A stretch of 64,000 nt of DNA from Octopus sinensis. Lineage: Eukaryota. Positions 36,831-51,788 of this stretch are shown here, one piece after another. Made by a program: the position numbers and the translations under genes. Position 1 is the first letter of the stretch, and the number at the start of each line of letters is the position of its first letter. The notes under the pieces are model-generated. The model made no database searches. It was not told where the DNA came from and worked only from the letters and a program-made list of their open reading frames with translations. The DNA is taken from positions 14,322,001 through 14,386,000 of the forward strand of contig NC_043000.1 in assembly GCF_006345805.1 (NCBI RefSeq). Reading direction: 5' to 3'.

Positions 36831-37347
36831 TCTATATATATAAAACTGTAGTTGTGTGAGTGTCTGTCTCCTACGATTTAGATTCCTAACTCCTCCCACA
36901 TTTTGCGGTGCAGTTTAACCAAATTCGGGTATCTTATAGTCGTGATTAATATCAAGCCCGTCTGGCTATTAGCGCGCGTCTACGATGAGTCTACGATTTA
37001 AAAAATAATTTTACATCATTTTTTATTCCATTTTAATGCATAATTTTTCGTGTGTCGATGGCGGCGGAGTTGGCGTCCACGCTCAAACACCTGCACCTGT
37101 GTTTGCTTCTCCCCCTTCTTCTCTCCCTCGTGAAGCTGTGGGGAAGGGAGTTTAAGGAAATCAACGTCGTAATGCGTTGTCAAGGAGACCAGCGTTCTTT
37201 TAGAACAACGACTTCATGGCTTGAAGACACCAAAACAGAAATGGCTAAGAAAGCCCGAATTGGCATATATAAGGGAAGTAACTTTCTAAAAATGCTTCTA
37301 TAGTTATTTCCCTTACAAACCCGAGCAACGCCGGGCGATACTGCTAG
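36831..37347 (+). mobile_element. Non-autonomous Helitron H2
   Basis: A|TC start, CCCGAGCAACGCCGGG hairpin, CTAG|T end; paralogue at 49110-49509. Confidence 0.8.
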
Positions 37348-37361
37348 TATTTTATAATAAA

Positions 37362-37785
37362 CTAGTTGCCCGGGTATGTAAGAGCCCCTAGTAGGCAACG
37401 ACTAATCCCAATCTAGTCCTTTCCCTCTAGGGAACGAAGGTGCATGTGTAGGTTGCAATGTCTTCTCTTCACTCGAATACTTCTGTGTATACGATGTTCC
37501 TAGCTGTCCCTTTGGGCGATAAAAAGGTCGAGTTGTGTCCCCTAGACAGAAAATGTGTTGCATATAAAAAGCTTAGATTCTCGACCCCATGTCGAATTTA
37601 TCGATTTTTTTTCAGAACTGGGGCAACTTTTCAAAATTTTCGCTGCATTAGTTTTGAATTATGACATTGGGCTATGTGTGTGTCAAGTTTCATCAGAATC
37701 GGTTGAAAGCCGTGGTCAGGGTGAGGGTACAACCTGACAGACACACAGACACACAGACAGACAAACTGTCGTTTATATATAGAGA
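37362..37785 (-). mobile_element. Non-autonomous Helitron H3
   Basis: Minus strand A|TCTCTATATATAAAC ... CCCGGGCAACTAG|T. Confidence 0.65.
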
Positions 37786-38506
37786 TATATATATAATTCA
37801 ATCATGTGCATGCTACAAGTAGTTTCATGTGAGGAGTACTCCTTACTGGGAGCTGGGATTTGTCAGGACGGCTTACATTCGCCAGACCTGCCTGAATAAG
37901 AAACGAAACACTCAAAATGTGACTACTCAGAGTAATTCCGTAAAGATGTGAAAGTTTTAGAAAATGTAAAGCCAAACACATTTCATTATAGAGAAGAAGA
38001 TGGCGACAAGCTGACAGAATCGTTTGTACGCCAGACGAAATGCATAGTGATATTTTCAAATTCGAGCTGGCAGAATCGTTAGCACGCGGGCGAAATGCTT
38101 TGCAGTATTTCGTCTGTCTTCAGTTCAAATTCCGCTGAGGCCGACTTTGCCTTTCATTTTTTGGGGTCGATGAATTAAGTATCAGTTAAGTACTGGGGTC
38201 GATATAATCGATTAGTCCCATTGCCCACAATTTCAAGCCTTGTGCCTAAAGTAGAAAAGATATTATTTTCAAATTCCGCCGGGGTCAACTTTGCCTCTCA
38301 TCCTCTCGAGGTCAATAAAATAAGTACCAGTTGAGCACTGGGGTCGATGTAATCGACAAGACTTGCCACCAAAATTTCAGGCCTTGTGCCTATAACAGAA
38401 AAGAATTATAGAGAAGAATTAATGTGTAATACTAATGTGTAATACAGATGTAAAAGTTACAATCCCTGGGTCGTACAGACTTACGACTCATTGGACTTCT
38501 ACTATT

Positions 38507-38813
38507 GGTACTCCGTTGCTTACGACGATGATTGTTTCAGTTGATCCGATCAACGGGACAGCTTGCTTGTGAGATTATCGTACAAGTGGCTGAGCGCTCC
38601 ACGGACATGCATACCCTTTCACGTTCATTGCAGAGAGATCCAGCGTGAGACAGAGTGTGACGAGGCTGGTCCCTTGAAATACGGGTACTACTCATTTTTG
38701 CCGGCTGTGTGGACTGGAGCAATGTGAAATAAAGTGTCTTGCTCAAGGACACAACGCGCCGCCGAGAATCGAATTTGCGAGCCGATTACCATAACCACAA
38801 AACTACGCTCCAC
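38507..38813 (-). mobile_element. SINE D, diverged
   Basis: Family D modules; ACTTCTACTA direct repeat in the flanks. Confidence 0.75.
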
Positions 38814-38910
38814 AACACTTCTACTAATTCTATATTGAAATGACCTGGTCACGTATTTCGTCAGACTTTCTCATCTCCTAGTAGTAGACTTTCTCATCTC
38901 CTAGTAGTAG

Positions 38911-39175
38911 ACCACTCTGGAAAACCACCATCCATGAGGGAACGGCGAATTTCGAGACGAAAAGATCTGCAGAGCTGGAGGAGAAAAGACGACGACGGAA
39001 GGAGCGCCAACAACAACCACGTGCGACTCTCCCTTCCGGCACTAGATGTCCGCACTGTGACCGATCTTTTCGAGCAAGAATTGGTCTTATCAGTCACCTG
39101 CGGACTCACCAATAAATTTGCGCGAAGACCATCATCCTCGACCTTGAGGGATTGCCATAGTAGCAGTAGTAGTAG
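38911..39175 (+). mobile_element. RTE (BovB-like) LINE 3' end
   Basis: In an unlisted frame: PLWKTTIHEGTANFE..RRRRKER..CPHCDRSFRARIGLISHLRTHQ* (C2H2 finger typical of RTE C-termini; stop 39113-39115), a 3' stem-loop and a (TAG)n tail. Confidence 0.85.
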
Positions 39176-39789
39176 AAGACACTTGACCAAAGTGCCGAGT
39201 CGTGGGACCGAACCTGAAACCGCGTGGTTGCAAAGCAAACTTCTTAACCACACTACCACGCCTGTCGTATATTTTTTTGACTTGTTGTGGTGTCGACGTT
39301 GTACGTTCTATAGTTGTTGTGTTGTTATGCAAATGGATGTTGTGAGTGCATCGTATTTTCTGGAGTTGCCGCTGTATGTTGCTGTTGCTTTTGTCCATGT
39401 TGTTGATGTGTGCGTTGTTTAAGTTGTGTGTATGTGTGTGTGTGTGTGTGTATGTCTCTCACCCCTCTCTCTGTATATGTATGTGTGAGTATCCCCTCTT
39501 CTCTCTCCTCTCTCTCTCTCTGTATGTCTGTTTTTCTATCTCTCTCTCTCTTTCTCTGTATGTGTATGTGTGTGTTTATAATTGTATGTATGTTTATGAC
39601 TATGTGTGTATGTTTAAAATTGTGTGTGTGTATGTGTGTGTGCGTGCGTGCATGCATCTGTTTCTCATGGTGAACTTGCTCATCTTGTCCTTGTTTGTCG
39701 TGTTTTGTTATGCAACGGAAAAGAGTGATACGACCTCAAAGCACCAGCAACAACACAACTCACGCCATCTCCAACTTAGGATTTACAAC

Positions 39790-40830
<1,041 letters not shown>

Positions 40831-41169
40831 TACAAGCATAATCCGCCGTAATCCAAACGGACAGCAGACAGCTGCTCACCAACGTAAGCAGTAACATTTA
40901 GCCGGGTGGCAATGACAATACTACGTTAGTTGTATTCGGGTGGTATGATAACACCCTTGTAGTTGTCTTCCTAATATGGTGTGCTGTCTTTGGGAGGCCG
41001 AATTCTGCAATGTACGTCACAGATTAAGGTTGTGTTTAGATATGTGTTTAGCTATTTACCTACGTTTGTCTGTGCGTTTGGGTGCTTGGGTGTATGGGGT
41101 GCTTGGGTGTTTGGTGTTTCTATGACGTATGTGTGTGTGTGTGTGTTTCAGTTTTATTTGATTACGAGT

Positions 41170-41490
41170 GTGTGTGAGTGCGTGCATGTGTGTGTGTATG
41201 CCTCTGTGTGTGTGTGTGCGTGCATGTGTGTGTGTATGCTCTTGTGTGTGTGTGCGTGCATGTGTGTGTGTATGCCTCTGTGTGTGTTGTGTGTTGCATG
41301 TGTGTGTGTATGCCTCTGTGTGTGTGTGTGCGTGCATGTGTGTGTGTATGCCTCTGTGTGTGTGTGTGCGTGCATGTGTGTGTGTATGCCTCTGTGTGTG
41401 TGTGCGTGCATGTGTGTGTGTATGCCTCTGTGGTGTGTGTGTGCGTGCTGTGTGTGTATGCCTCTGTGTGTGTGTGTGCGTGCAGTGTGT
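41170..41490. repeat. ~37-bp GT-rich minisatellite, about 8 copies
   Basis: Recurrent GCATGTGTGTGTGTATGCCTCTGTGTG unit. Confidence 0.85.
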
Positions 41491-41670
41491 GTATGTGTAA
41501 TTTCTTTTATGCTATTTAGATACATAAACATGCATACGTACATACTTGCATATTGATCCATAAATTGATGTATAAGTATGCATGTATATGTGTGTGTGTG
41601 TATGTATGTGTGTGTGTAGAGAGAGAGAACGATAGGTATATAGATAGACAGACAGTTAGATAGTACATTA

Positions 41671-41735
<65 letters not shown>

Positions 41736-41745
41736 GTCTATCTAT

Positions 41746-42015
41746 ATTCTTCCTCTTCCCCTTTTTTCCCCTTTTTTCTTCTTTTTTCATTTCTCTTTTC
41801 TTTTGTTCCTTTTCCTTTTCTTCTTTTTTTTATTTAAAAAAATTTTTTTTTTGTTCTTTTCTTCCCTTTTACGATCCCTCTTGATCGAAAACCTACGCCA
41901 CCCCTTTCCTTTTTTTTGTTTCTTTTGTTTTTTGTTTTTTTCATCCCCCAAAAGAAAAGCTCTACCTTGTAACTTGTCCCATCTGTGTGCAGCCCTGTGT
42001 GGCCAATAAAGAAAC
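41746..42015 (+). mobile_element. Tx1-like LINE 3' UTR
   Basis: Homologous to the 3' end of 23822-25256; (TCTA)n upstream and TATCTA downstream. Confidence 0.8.
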
Positions 42016-42022
42016 TTATCTA

Positions 42023-42345
42023 TAAACTCTATATTTGGAAGGACCTATTTTAAACTCTGTTGGACTTTTGGACTTTACTCATAGGATATTGGAATATTGT
42101 ATATATACCTTTATGACTAAAAAATGGACTTACAACTTCAATACCCATACATATCTTGTATCTATTTTCTTTCCTCCACCTCACTCTCTATTTTGTATCA
42201 CATCTAAACTAACTATGACTTAACCATCCTCTCACACCATCTCCGATGAAGGGATATTATTAATAAATATCCTAGAAACAGCCGTAAGACCTTCTATCTA
42301 TAAATGCTCTAATATCTACACAGCCTTGGTTTTACAAAAAATTGT
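42023..42345 (+). mobile_element. Penelope-like terminal-repeat fragment with an HHR motif (42239-42290)
   Basis: TCT-CCGATGA-A-GGGATATT..AATATCCT-A-GAAAC-AGCC-GTA-AGA; followed by (ATCT)n. Confidence 0.6.
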
Positions 42346-42764
42346 TATCTATCTATCTATCTATCTATATATCTATCAAGCAAGCTGGTTATCTGTGTGT
42401 GCATGTGTGTTAATGTCACTTGAGAGCGACCATGCTGGGGCACCATCTTGAAGGGATTTAGTCGAACAAATTGAACACTAGAACTTGTTATTTTTAAGCC
42501 TGATACTTATTCTATCAGTTAATTTTTGCCCCGGAGTAGAAGCAGCTAATAGGGTCCCAGCTATGAGTTAACTAGCATGAGAACCGCTGAGAGTGAAGAA
42601 CTCCTCATTCTCGTTAGAATGAAGTCATGGCAGAGCACCGCAAGACATTGGTGGACCGAGGTCTATAGGAGAAGACTTTGGCCCAAAATGCCATGCAGTA
42701 GGAATGAACTCGAAGTCACGTAGTTACAAAGCAAGCGCCTCAACTACTCAGCTGTGCCATATAT

Positions 42765-43060
42765 ACTCTTTACTCTTTTACTTGTTTCAGTCATATGACT
42801 GTGGCCATGCTGGAGCACCGCCTTTAGTCGAGCAAATCGACCCCGGGACTTATTCTTTGTAAGCCTAGTACGTATTCTATCGGTCTCTTTTCCGGAACCG
42901 CTAAGTTACAGGGACGTAAACAAACCAGCATCAATTATCAAGCGATGTTGGTGGGGGACAAATACAGACACACAAACATATATACACACACATACATATA
43001 TATACATATATACGATGGGCTTCTTTCAGTTTCCGTCTACCAAATCCACTCACAAGGCTT
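42765..43060 (-). mobile_element. SINE A 3' two-thirds
   Basis: Family A modules in reverse orientation. Confidence 0.8.
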
Positions 43061-44069
43061 TTGTTGTTCTTCTAACTGACTAAATGAACAGAATGTATGT
43101 TAGATGGCCTGTTTTTGCTTGAAACCCCAACTTTAACAATTTTATGACTTAAAAGTGAGAAATATAACCTAGTACACCATATGGAGGAAGGGCTAGAAAG
43201 AGGAAATGATAAAGGGAAAAAGAGAGTGCGGGGGATAGAGAGATGAGGGAGAGAGGGGGAGAAAGAAAAGGACGGAGGGGGCTCGTTGATCCGCCTGATA
43301 TTTCCGGGATTATCGAACAAGCGTAAAACGAAAAGCTGGAAAATTAATCATCTTAAATATATAATTACAATATAAACATTATTTTAATTACTTTATTTCC
43401 TCAGATATGCGTAAATAGACACATAATAGCCAACCATATTGTTATTGAGTCAAGGCGCCTTCTCCGATCTTCGTTCGTATCCAACATTATTCCCCTTAAT
43501 TTTGAGGAATGTTGATTATAAATTAATTTGGTGAGCGGAATGGTAAAATTGGTTTTATACATATTTCATTGGTGTTACATCCGCAAGACGTGGCTGTATT
43601 CCATAAACGTTTTGAAGGCTGGCAACACTGTTTTCTACTCCTGCTGAAGGTCTTATATGATACAGATCTCATTTATATTCAGACGATTAGTTGAATATTA
43701 ACGCCAGTTATACATACATACAAACAAACATACATACATACATACATACATACATACATACATACATTCATACATACATACATACATACATACATACATA
43801 CATACATACATACAAACATACATACATACATACATACATACATACATACATTCATACATACATACATACATACATACCTACATACTACATACATACATAC
43901 ATACATTCATACATACATGCATACATACATGCCAGCATGCATGCCTGCATACATACATACATACATACACCATATGCATACACACACACACACACACACA
44001 CCCATATTATATATATATATAGATAATATATATATTATATATATATATATATTAGTTATGTACTATGTA

Positions 44070-44265
44070 GATATTATGTGTCTGTACTTGTCTTCCAACA
44101 TTGCTTGACAAACCGAAGCTGGTGTGTTTACGTCCCCGTAAATTAGCGGTTCGGCAAAAGAGACTGATAGAATAAGTACTAGGCTTACAAAGAATAAGTT
44201 CAGGGGTCGATTTGTTCGACTAAAGACGGTGCTCCAGCATGGCCGCAGTCAAATGACTGAAATGA
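44070..44265 (+). mobile_element. SINE A 3' half
   Basis: Family A 3' module. Confidence 0.8.
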
Positions 44266-44513
44266 GTGCATTAAGGACGAACCGTGTAAATGAAAAAAAT
44301 ATGCAAATTAAGCTACTAATCACGGTCACAACTTAATTCCTAACTGCTTTATATAGCAGCTGAATTTCCCTCCGGTCGATTTGAGAAGACGATATGGTGG
44401 GTCTTTTCGAACACATTCCACCAAGAGACTCCTATCTCACTTTCCTGCACATCAAGAGCATAGAAGGTATATGCATATCAATTCCTGTTGCCGTTAAAGG
44501 CATTGTTGCATAT

Positions 44514-44898
44514 TGGAAGCACTCCGTCGGTTACGACGATGAGGGTTCCGGTTGATCCGAATCAACGGAACAGCCTGCTCGTGAAATTAACGTGTAAGTG
44601 GCTGAGCACTCCACAGACACGTGTACCCTTAACGTAGTTCTCGGGGATATTCAGCGTGACACAGAGAGTGACAAGGCCGGCCCCTTGATATACAGGTACA
44701 ACAGAAACAGGAAGTAAGAGTGAGAGAAAGTTGTGGAGAAAGAGTACAGCAGGGATCGCCACCTTCCCCTGCCGGAGCCTCATGGAGCTTTAGGTGTTTT
44801 CACTCAATAAACACTCACAACGCCCGGTCTAGGAATCGAAACCGCGATCCTATGACCGCGAGTCCGCTGCCCTAACCACTGTGCCATTGCGCCTCCAC
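44514..44898 (-). mobile_element. SINE B, full length
   Basis: 10-bp TSD TGTTGCATAT. Confidence 0.9.
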
Positions 44899-44915
44899 TG
44901 TTGCATATATAAAGT

Positions 44916-44955
<40 letters not shown>

Positions 44956-45194
44956 AAAAGTAGGCATGCAGTTATGAAAAAAGAAAACTCGTACAATACT
45001 CATTTATTTTTCATCAAAATAATTAAAAGTTAGCCTCACTTTTGATATTTTCAATGTCATTAATCATAATAATATCTTTACTACGACTATAATAATACAG
45101 TTATCGTATATATGAACTTACTTGGAAATGGATGAGTGGCATTCATAAATAATTATAACTAAATAATATAAATAATATATATATATATATATAG

Positions 45195-45225
<31 letters not shown>

Positions 45226-45625
45226 GCGCAGGAGTGGCCGTGTGGTAAGTAGCTTGTTTACCAAACACGGTTTTCCGGTTCAGTCCCACTGCGTGGCACC
45301 TTGGGCAAGTGTCTTCTACTATAGCCTCGGGCCGACCAAAGCCTTGTGAGTGATGTTTGGTAGACGGAAACTGAAAGAAGCCAGTCGTTTATATGTATAT
45401 GCGTGTGTGTGTTTGTGTGAGTGTGTTTGTCCCCCTAGCATTGCTTGACAACCAATGCTGGTGTGTTTATGTCCCCGTTACTTAGCGGTTCGGCAAAAGA
45501 GACCGATAGAATAAGTACTGGGCTTACAAAATAATAAGTCCCGGGGTCGAGTTGCTCGATTAAAGGCGGTGCTCCAGCATGGCCGCACTCAAATGACTGA
45601 AACATGTAAAAGAGTAAAAGAGTAA
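45226..45625 (+). mobile_element. SINE A, full length (followed by a head fragment at 45638-45718)
   Basis: Matches family A. Confidence 0.85.
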
Positions 45626-46017
45626 CAGAATATATATAGGCGCAGAAGTTTCTTTGTGGTAAGTAGCTTGCTTACCAACCAGATGGTTCCGGCTTCAGCC
45701 CTACTGCGTGGTACCTTGTCGGCTGTCTATCTACTCCTTGCTCGAAATGAGGAGTAGATAGACAGCCGACAACTGATGAAGGGTTGTTCTTTGTGTTACT
45801 TGTTCTGTTTTCCATTTGTTTCTCTCGTTGTTTGCGTACTTAACTCATTTGTTTTCGATTTCTTGCTGTTTACTGTTGGTGAAGTTCTGTACACATATAT
45901 GCATATATATATATATGTATATGTATGTATATATATGTGTGTGTGTGTGCGTGTGTGTGTGTGTGTGTACATATATTTATATATGTTATTTATATATATA
46001 CAAGGTTGGCCAAAAGT

Positions 46018-46066
<49 letters not shown>

Positions 46067-46477
46067 TCAAAAAATAGAATATGAACGTAACAGACGACAA
46101 TAAAAACATACAGACAGATAGACGATACAAAGACGGACAGGAGAAAGCAAGGACGGATCATTCATAGCCTTTTATTCATCAGTCAAGTTTCCAAATTATC
46201 ATTACAGTTACACTTGAGACTATTCAAAATTGGCTGGCCCCAAAAATCTAAGCTGAGAGCATTAGATTTTTGGAAGAAAGCAAGCGAATGTGCACAACAC
46301 TCACACACACACACACAACGAGAAAACGGAGAAAATGTTACACGATACACACACACGCGCGCGCACACACACACATACACACACACACATATAGATATAT
46401 GTATATATATATATGTATCGTATAACATTTTCTGTTTTCTCCTACTTTTTGTCTGTGCTGTCGTATATATATATATA

Positions 46478-46540
<63 letters not shown>

Positions 46541-46730
46541 ATATATATATATATATATATATAACTCCAAGAAAGTTGTGAATCCAACCCACTAAGGGAT
46601 AATATCTATCCAATATACTGCTGGTAGAATACCCAGTTATTAATACTCAAGTGTTTTTTATTGCATTGCAATTACATTACCTAATTTACTAAATAGGTGA
46701 AGATAAAGAGATATTTTAGCATTAATTTAT

Positions 46731-47316
<586 letters not shown>

Positions 47317-47645
47317 TGTTTCTTTATTAGCCACACGGGCTGCACACAGACAGAACAAATTACAAGGTAGAGCTTTTCTTTTGGGGTAAAAAAAAGGGGT
47401 TGGTTTTCGATCAAAAGGGATCGTAAAAGGAAAGAAAGAGGACAGAAAAAGGGGAGGATTTAAAAAAAAAAGGGTGGGGAGAGGAGAAAAAAAAAGAAAA
47501 GGGGAGAGTAAAAAAAAAGTTGATCAATAGGGATCGTAATCGCAGAAATGTCAATATGAAGTGTAAAGGGGAGGACAGGTGAGGTTTACCCGTGGAAAGA
47601 AAAGCCTACGGAAAAGACCACGGTAACCTCGGTCAATGAAGTCAC
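47317..47645 (-). mobile_element. Tx1-like LINE 3' UTR
   Basis: Same family; (TCTA)n on the element strand at both ends. Confidence 0.8.
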
Positions 47646-47699
<54 letters not shown>

Positions 47700-48669
47700 T
47701 AAGAGGAAATAACATGGGCAAAGATTTGATACTCCTTTCAATTGTTACATATGTTTCATGCACCCTAAATGGTCAGCATGAAGAGTAAACACATCGTCAG
47801 ACAGTAATATATTGAACTGTAAGAATCATTCAGTATCAGAATGTATTCTTTTAATTCACGTCAGAATAATTTTTATATTTCTATGACCCTCTTATAAAAA
47901 TAAAAAAATAAGAATGACTGCACCCTGATTTTGAAGTATGCGGAGTTTCTGTTTTCTTCTTTGAACTGTTTGGGTCTGGAAAATGTGTTTTTATGCACTG
48001 TAACCAATTCTATACTGCAACATTCAATACTTTTTTTTATATAACATCGATTTTCCGGAACGTTTGGTTCCAAAGCCTTTCCGGTACAGTGATTTTTTCC
48101 CCGAAACTAGGATAGCCATTTTGGTCATTACACTCATAATTAAACAAATATCAAATTTACTTAAATAATTTATTGAAATACAGGTATCTGTACATTAGTA
48201 TAGATGATACAAGTTCATTAATACTGTACTTGGCAAGGTGTACCAGTAAACGTGTCTGACGGCCGAGAGAATTTAAAGTTCCCACACGTACATGAGTGCG
48301 GATTATAAGAAGTTCCATATCATCAGTGTCCGGAAATCGGTGTTGTATCTGGCTTAGTGTATCAATCCAATGAGGACCTTGCACGAATACACTACATTTT
48401 TTCCCCTAACTACCTTCATGATACAACTCTGTTAAAAGATATATGTATGCAAGTGTTAAGAACCCAGAGAGTCGTCAGTCCAAATAACAGGGATAGTGGG
48501 AGGAAAGCCTGACTTTGCAATCATCTACACCAGGGGTGGGGAAACTCCTGACCGCAGGCGCAATTGCGCCCGCGAGCCCGTTTTAGTGTGCCTACAGGCT
48601 GATATACTCTATATAGTAAATTTTTCAATCAAAATTTATACAATACTTTTTGATGTAAATAATTTTTGG

Positions 48670-48839
48670 TGTTAACATGGTCCGATTTGAATTTTTTCTT
48701 CTACGAAATGAAGAGCAAGCCTTCTTCTATCATACTTTCAATTTTGGTCAACTTGCACGGCAGGGTCTCGGAGGAGATAGTGTTAGCTGAAGGCTACCAA
48801 ACCTGCCTCACACAGACAATTTCAGCTTTATATATATAG
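48670..48839 (-). mobile_element. Helitron H1 5' fragment
   Basis: Reverse complement of the first ~170 bp of 36165-36545. Confidence 0.75.
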
Positions 48840-49109
48840 TTTAGTATACCTATTTGCGACATAGGTCGCGTTTCCACTACGACTTAAAATGGTCAAAAAT
48901 CGTCCGGTAATTGCCATTTGAATGGAAATTTTGTTTTTACTATAAAACACAGATTGTTATGTTTGTACCACCTCTTTGAGACCCAAGTAAACTTTAGCTG
49001 AAAAATATAGAATACCTCATAAGTAATATAAACGTCCTAAATTCAGTGGCGGCGTTAATGAAGATGTTATGCATTAATTTAATGTGTTAAACTTATTTTT
49101 ATTAATGTA

Positions 49110-49509
49110 CTAGCAGTATCGCCCGGCGTTGCTCGGGTGTGTAAGGGAAATAACTATATAAGCATTTTTAGAGAGTTATAGCCAAAAAATATTTTTTAAA
49201 AATGCATTAAAAATGGAAAAAAAAATTATGGTAATTTTTTTTAAATCGTTGACTCATCGTAGACATTTTTAGAGAGTTACTTCCCTTATATAATAGCGAA
49301 AAAATGCATTAAAATGGAAGAAAAACGATGGTAAATTTTTTTTTAAATCGTAGACTCATCGTAGACGCGCGCTAATACCCAGAAGGGCTCGATATGAATC
49401 ACGACTATAAGATACCCGGTTTTGGTTAAACTGCACCGCAAAATGTGGGAGTAGTTAGGAATCTAAATCGTAGGAGACAGACACACAACCTCTCTTTTAT
49501 ATATAAAGA
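49110..49509 (-). mobile_element. Helitron H2
   Basis: Reverse-complement paralogue of 36831-37347 with hairpin and CTAG. Confidence 0.8.
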
Positions 49510-50034
49510 TATCAAATCATACATAGATATATATACAAGATTTACACAGATATAAAAGTTAGAACCTGTGATCCGCCCGCGGACCTTTTTCTTAGGAAAT
49601 TTCTGCCCGCCGCGCTAAAAAGTTTCCTCACCACTGATCTACACTAATTGTACAAACACATCGTTATCCATTTTTTCTTCAAACCCAACGAGATGAGAGA
49701 TATTCTGTTGGAATCTAGGAAATTTAATCACATACTATAACTTTTGGTTACTGATCACGGAGACTAATTCCCCTAGCGTTAGTTTAGAATTACACAATGG
49801 TATGTTTAACTTTTCTACACCAAGTGCAAGCTACAGTTGCAAATGTGTCACCTAGTTCTTTTACATTTTCCCGCCTAGTGTAGAGAATCTATAAATGCTA
49901 TGTCCGGTTCTTATTCATGATGTCACTTCTTAATGGGAATGTGACACATAAAAAAGCTTGTTCTTGTGTTTTCGTTCTTATTTATTTAATTATTTATTTA
50001 TTTATCTGTTTCGTTTTTGCATGTTTGTTTATCT

Positions 50035-50450
50035 TTTATCTTTCACTTGTTTCGGCCATTGTGCTGCGGCCATGCTGGGGCACCACCTTGAAGGGTTTTT
50101 GTTGAGCAAATCTATTCCAGTGCTTATATTTTTTTTGAAAGTCTGGTACTTATTCTATCGCTCTTGAGGACGTAAACAAAGCAACGCCAGTTGTCAAGCG
50201 ATGATGGAGACAAACACAGACAAAAACACACACCCAAATAGATACACATACACACAAATACACACAGACACACACACACACACACATAACGGGCTTTCGA
50301 TTACCGCCTATCAAATCTGCACACAAGGTATTTGTCGGCCCGGAGCTACAGTTAAACACATCCAGCCGTCCAAGGTACCGCGGGGTGGGACTGAACGCAT
50401 GATCACATAGTTAGAAAGCAAGCTTCTTAACGTCACAGCAACGCCTGTAC
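50035..50450 (-). mobile_element. SINE A, diverged
   Basis: Family A modules. Confidence 0.7.
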
Positions 50451-50682
50451 CAATACTTTGCTTGCATGTTTGTTACAGTATGACTAAAAATAACGAAGTT
50501 GCTTAAACTATGAATAAATTTAAATAAACATGAACTTTGTTTAGTTGGTTGCTATCTATAAGTTGCAATGCTATCAGTAAACGGAAGGAAAACAAGTCGG
50601 AAAGTTTATCAGGAATTGTTGCGAGGCTAAGAAGATCGCTTTGTAACCATATGGTTTCAGGTTCAATCCCACTGAAGCTCAC

Positions 50683-50727
<45 letters not shown>

Positions 50728-50766
50728 ATATATATATATATATATCTATATATATATATATATATG

Positions 50767-50812
<46 letters not shown>

Positions 50813-50820
50813 TATATATA

Positions 50821-51528
50821 TAGGAGTGACTGTGGGATAAGTAGCTTGCTTACGAACCACATGGTTCCGGGTTCAGTCCCACTGCGTGGCACCTTGGGCA
50901 AGTGTCTTCTACTATAGCCTCGGGCCGTCCAAAGCCTTGTGAGTGGATTTGGTAGACGGAAACTGAAAGAAGCCTGTTGTATATATACTGAACCTGAGAA
51001 CACGCGGATACTAGGCAAGTGTCTTCTATCGTCCCCGGCCGACAAATACTTTGTGAGGGAATTTGGAAGAGGAAACTATGTGGAAGACCGTTGAATATAT
51101 ATATATATATACACACATACACACTCGCTTCAGTTATTTGACTGTGGCCATGCTGGATTACCGCCTTTGGTCGAGCAAATTCGATCTCAGGACTTATTCT
51201 TTGCAAGCCTAGTACTTATCCTATCGGTCACTTTTGCCGAACCGCTTAGTTACGGGGACGTAAACACGCCACCATCAGTTGTCAAGCGATTTTGCAGGGG
51301 GGGGGGAGACAAATACAGACACACAAACACACACACACATATATATATGTATATATAAACATACATATATACAACAGGCTTCTTTCAGTTTCCGTCTACC
51401 AAATCCACTCACAAGGCTTTGGACGGCCCCAGTCTATAGTAGAAGACACTTGCCCAAGGTGCCACGCAGTGGGACTGAACCCGGAACCATGTGGTTCGTA
51501 AGCAAGCTACTTACTCCACAGCCACTCC

Positions 51529-51570
<42 letters not shown>

Positions 51571-51757
51571 GTGAGCTTTCGACTTTAGTGGCTGTGTGGT
51601 AAGTAGCTTGCTTACGAACCAACCACATGGTTTCGGCTTCAGCTTCACTGTATGGCACGTTGGGCAAGTGTCTTCTGCTATTACTTCGGGCCGACCAAAG
51701 CCTTGTGAGTGGATTTGGTACTCGGAAACTGAAAGAAGCCCGTCGTATATATATATA

Positions 51758-51788
<31 letters not shown>

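Larger units (their letters stand above)
48531..49636. mobile_element. Non-autonomous hAT element with two nested Helitrons
   Basis: TIRs CAGGGGTGGGGAAACT / AGTTTCCTCACCACTG; 8-bp TSD ATCTACAC at 48523-48530 and 49637-49644. Confidence 0.85.

Noticed and set aside
46140-46195. Minus-strand CTGATGA-ATA..TAT-GAAT-GATC
   Set aside because: GAAA is broken and there is no stem I complementarity.
48157-48384. RVGTLN resembling the first motif of a LINE AP endonuclease
   Set aside because: It is a single short motif with no downstream QE or other support.
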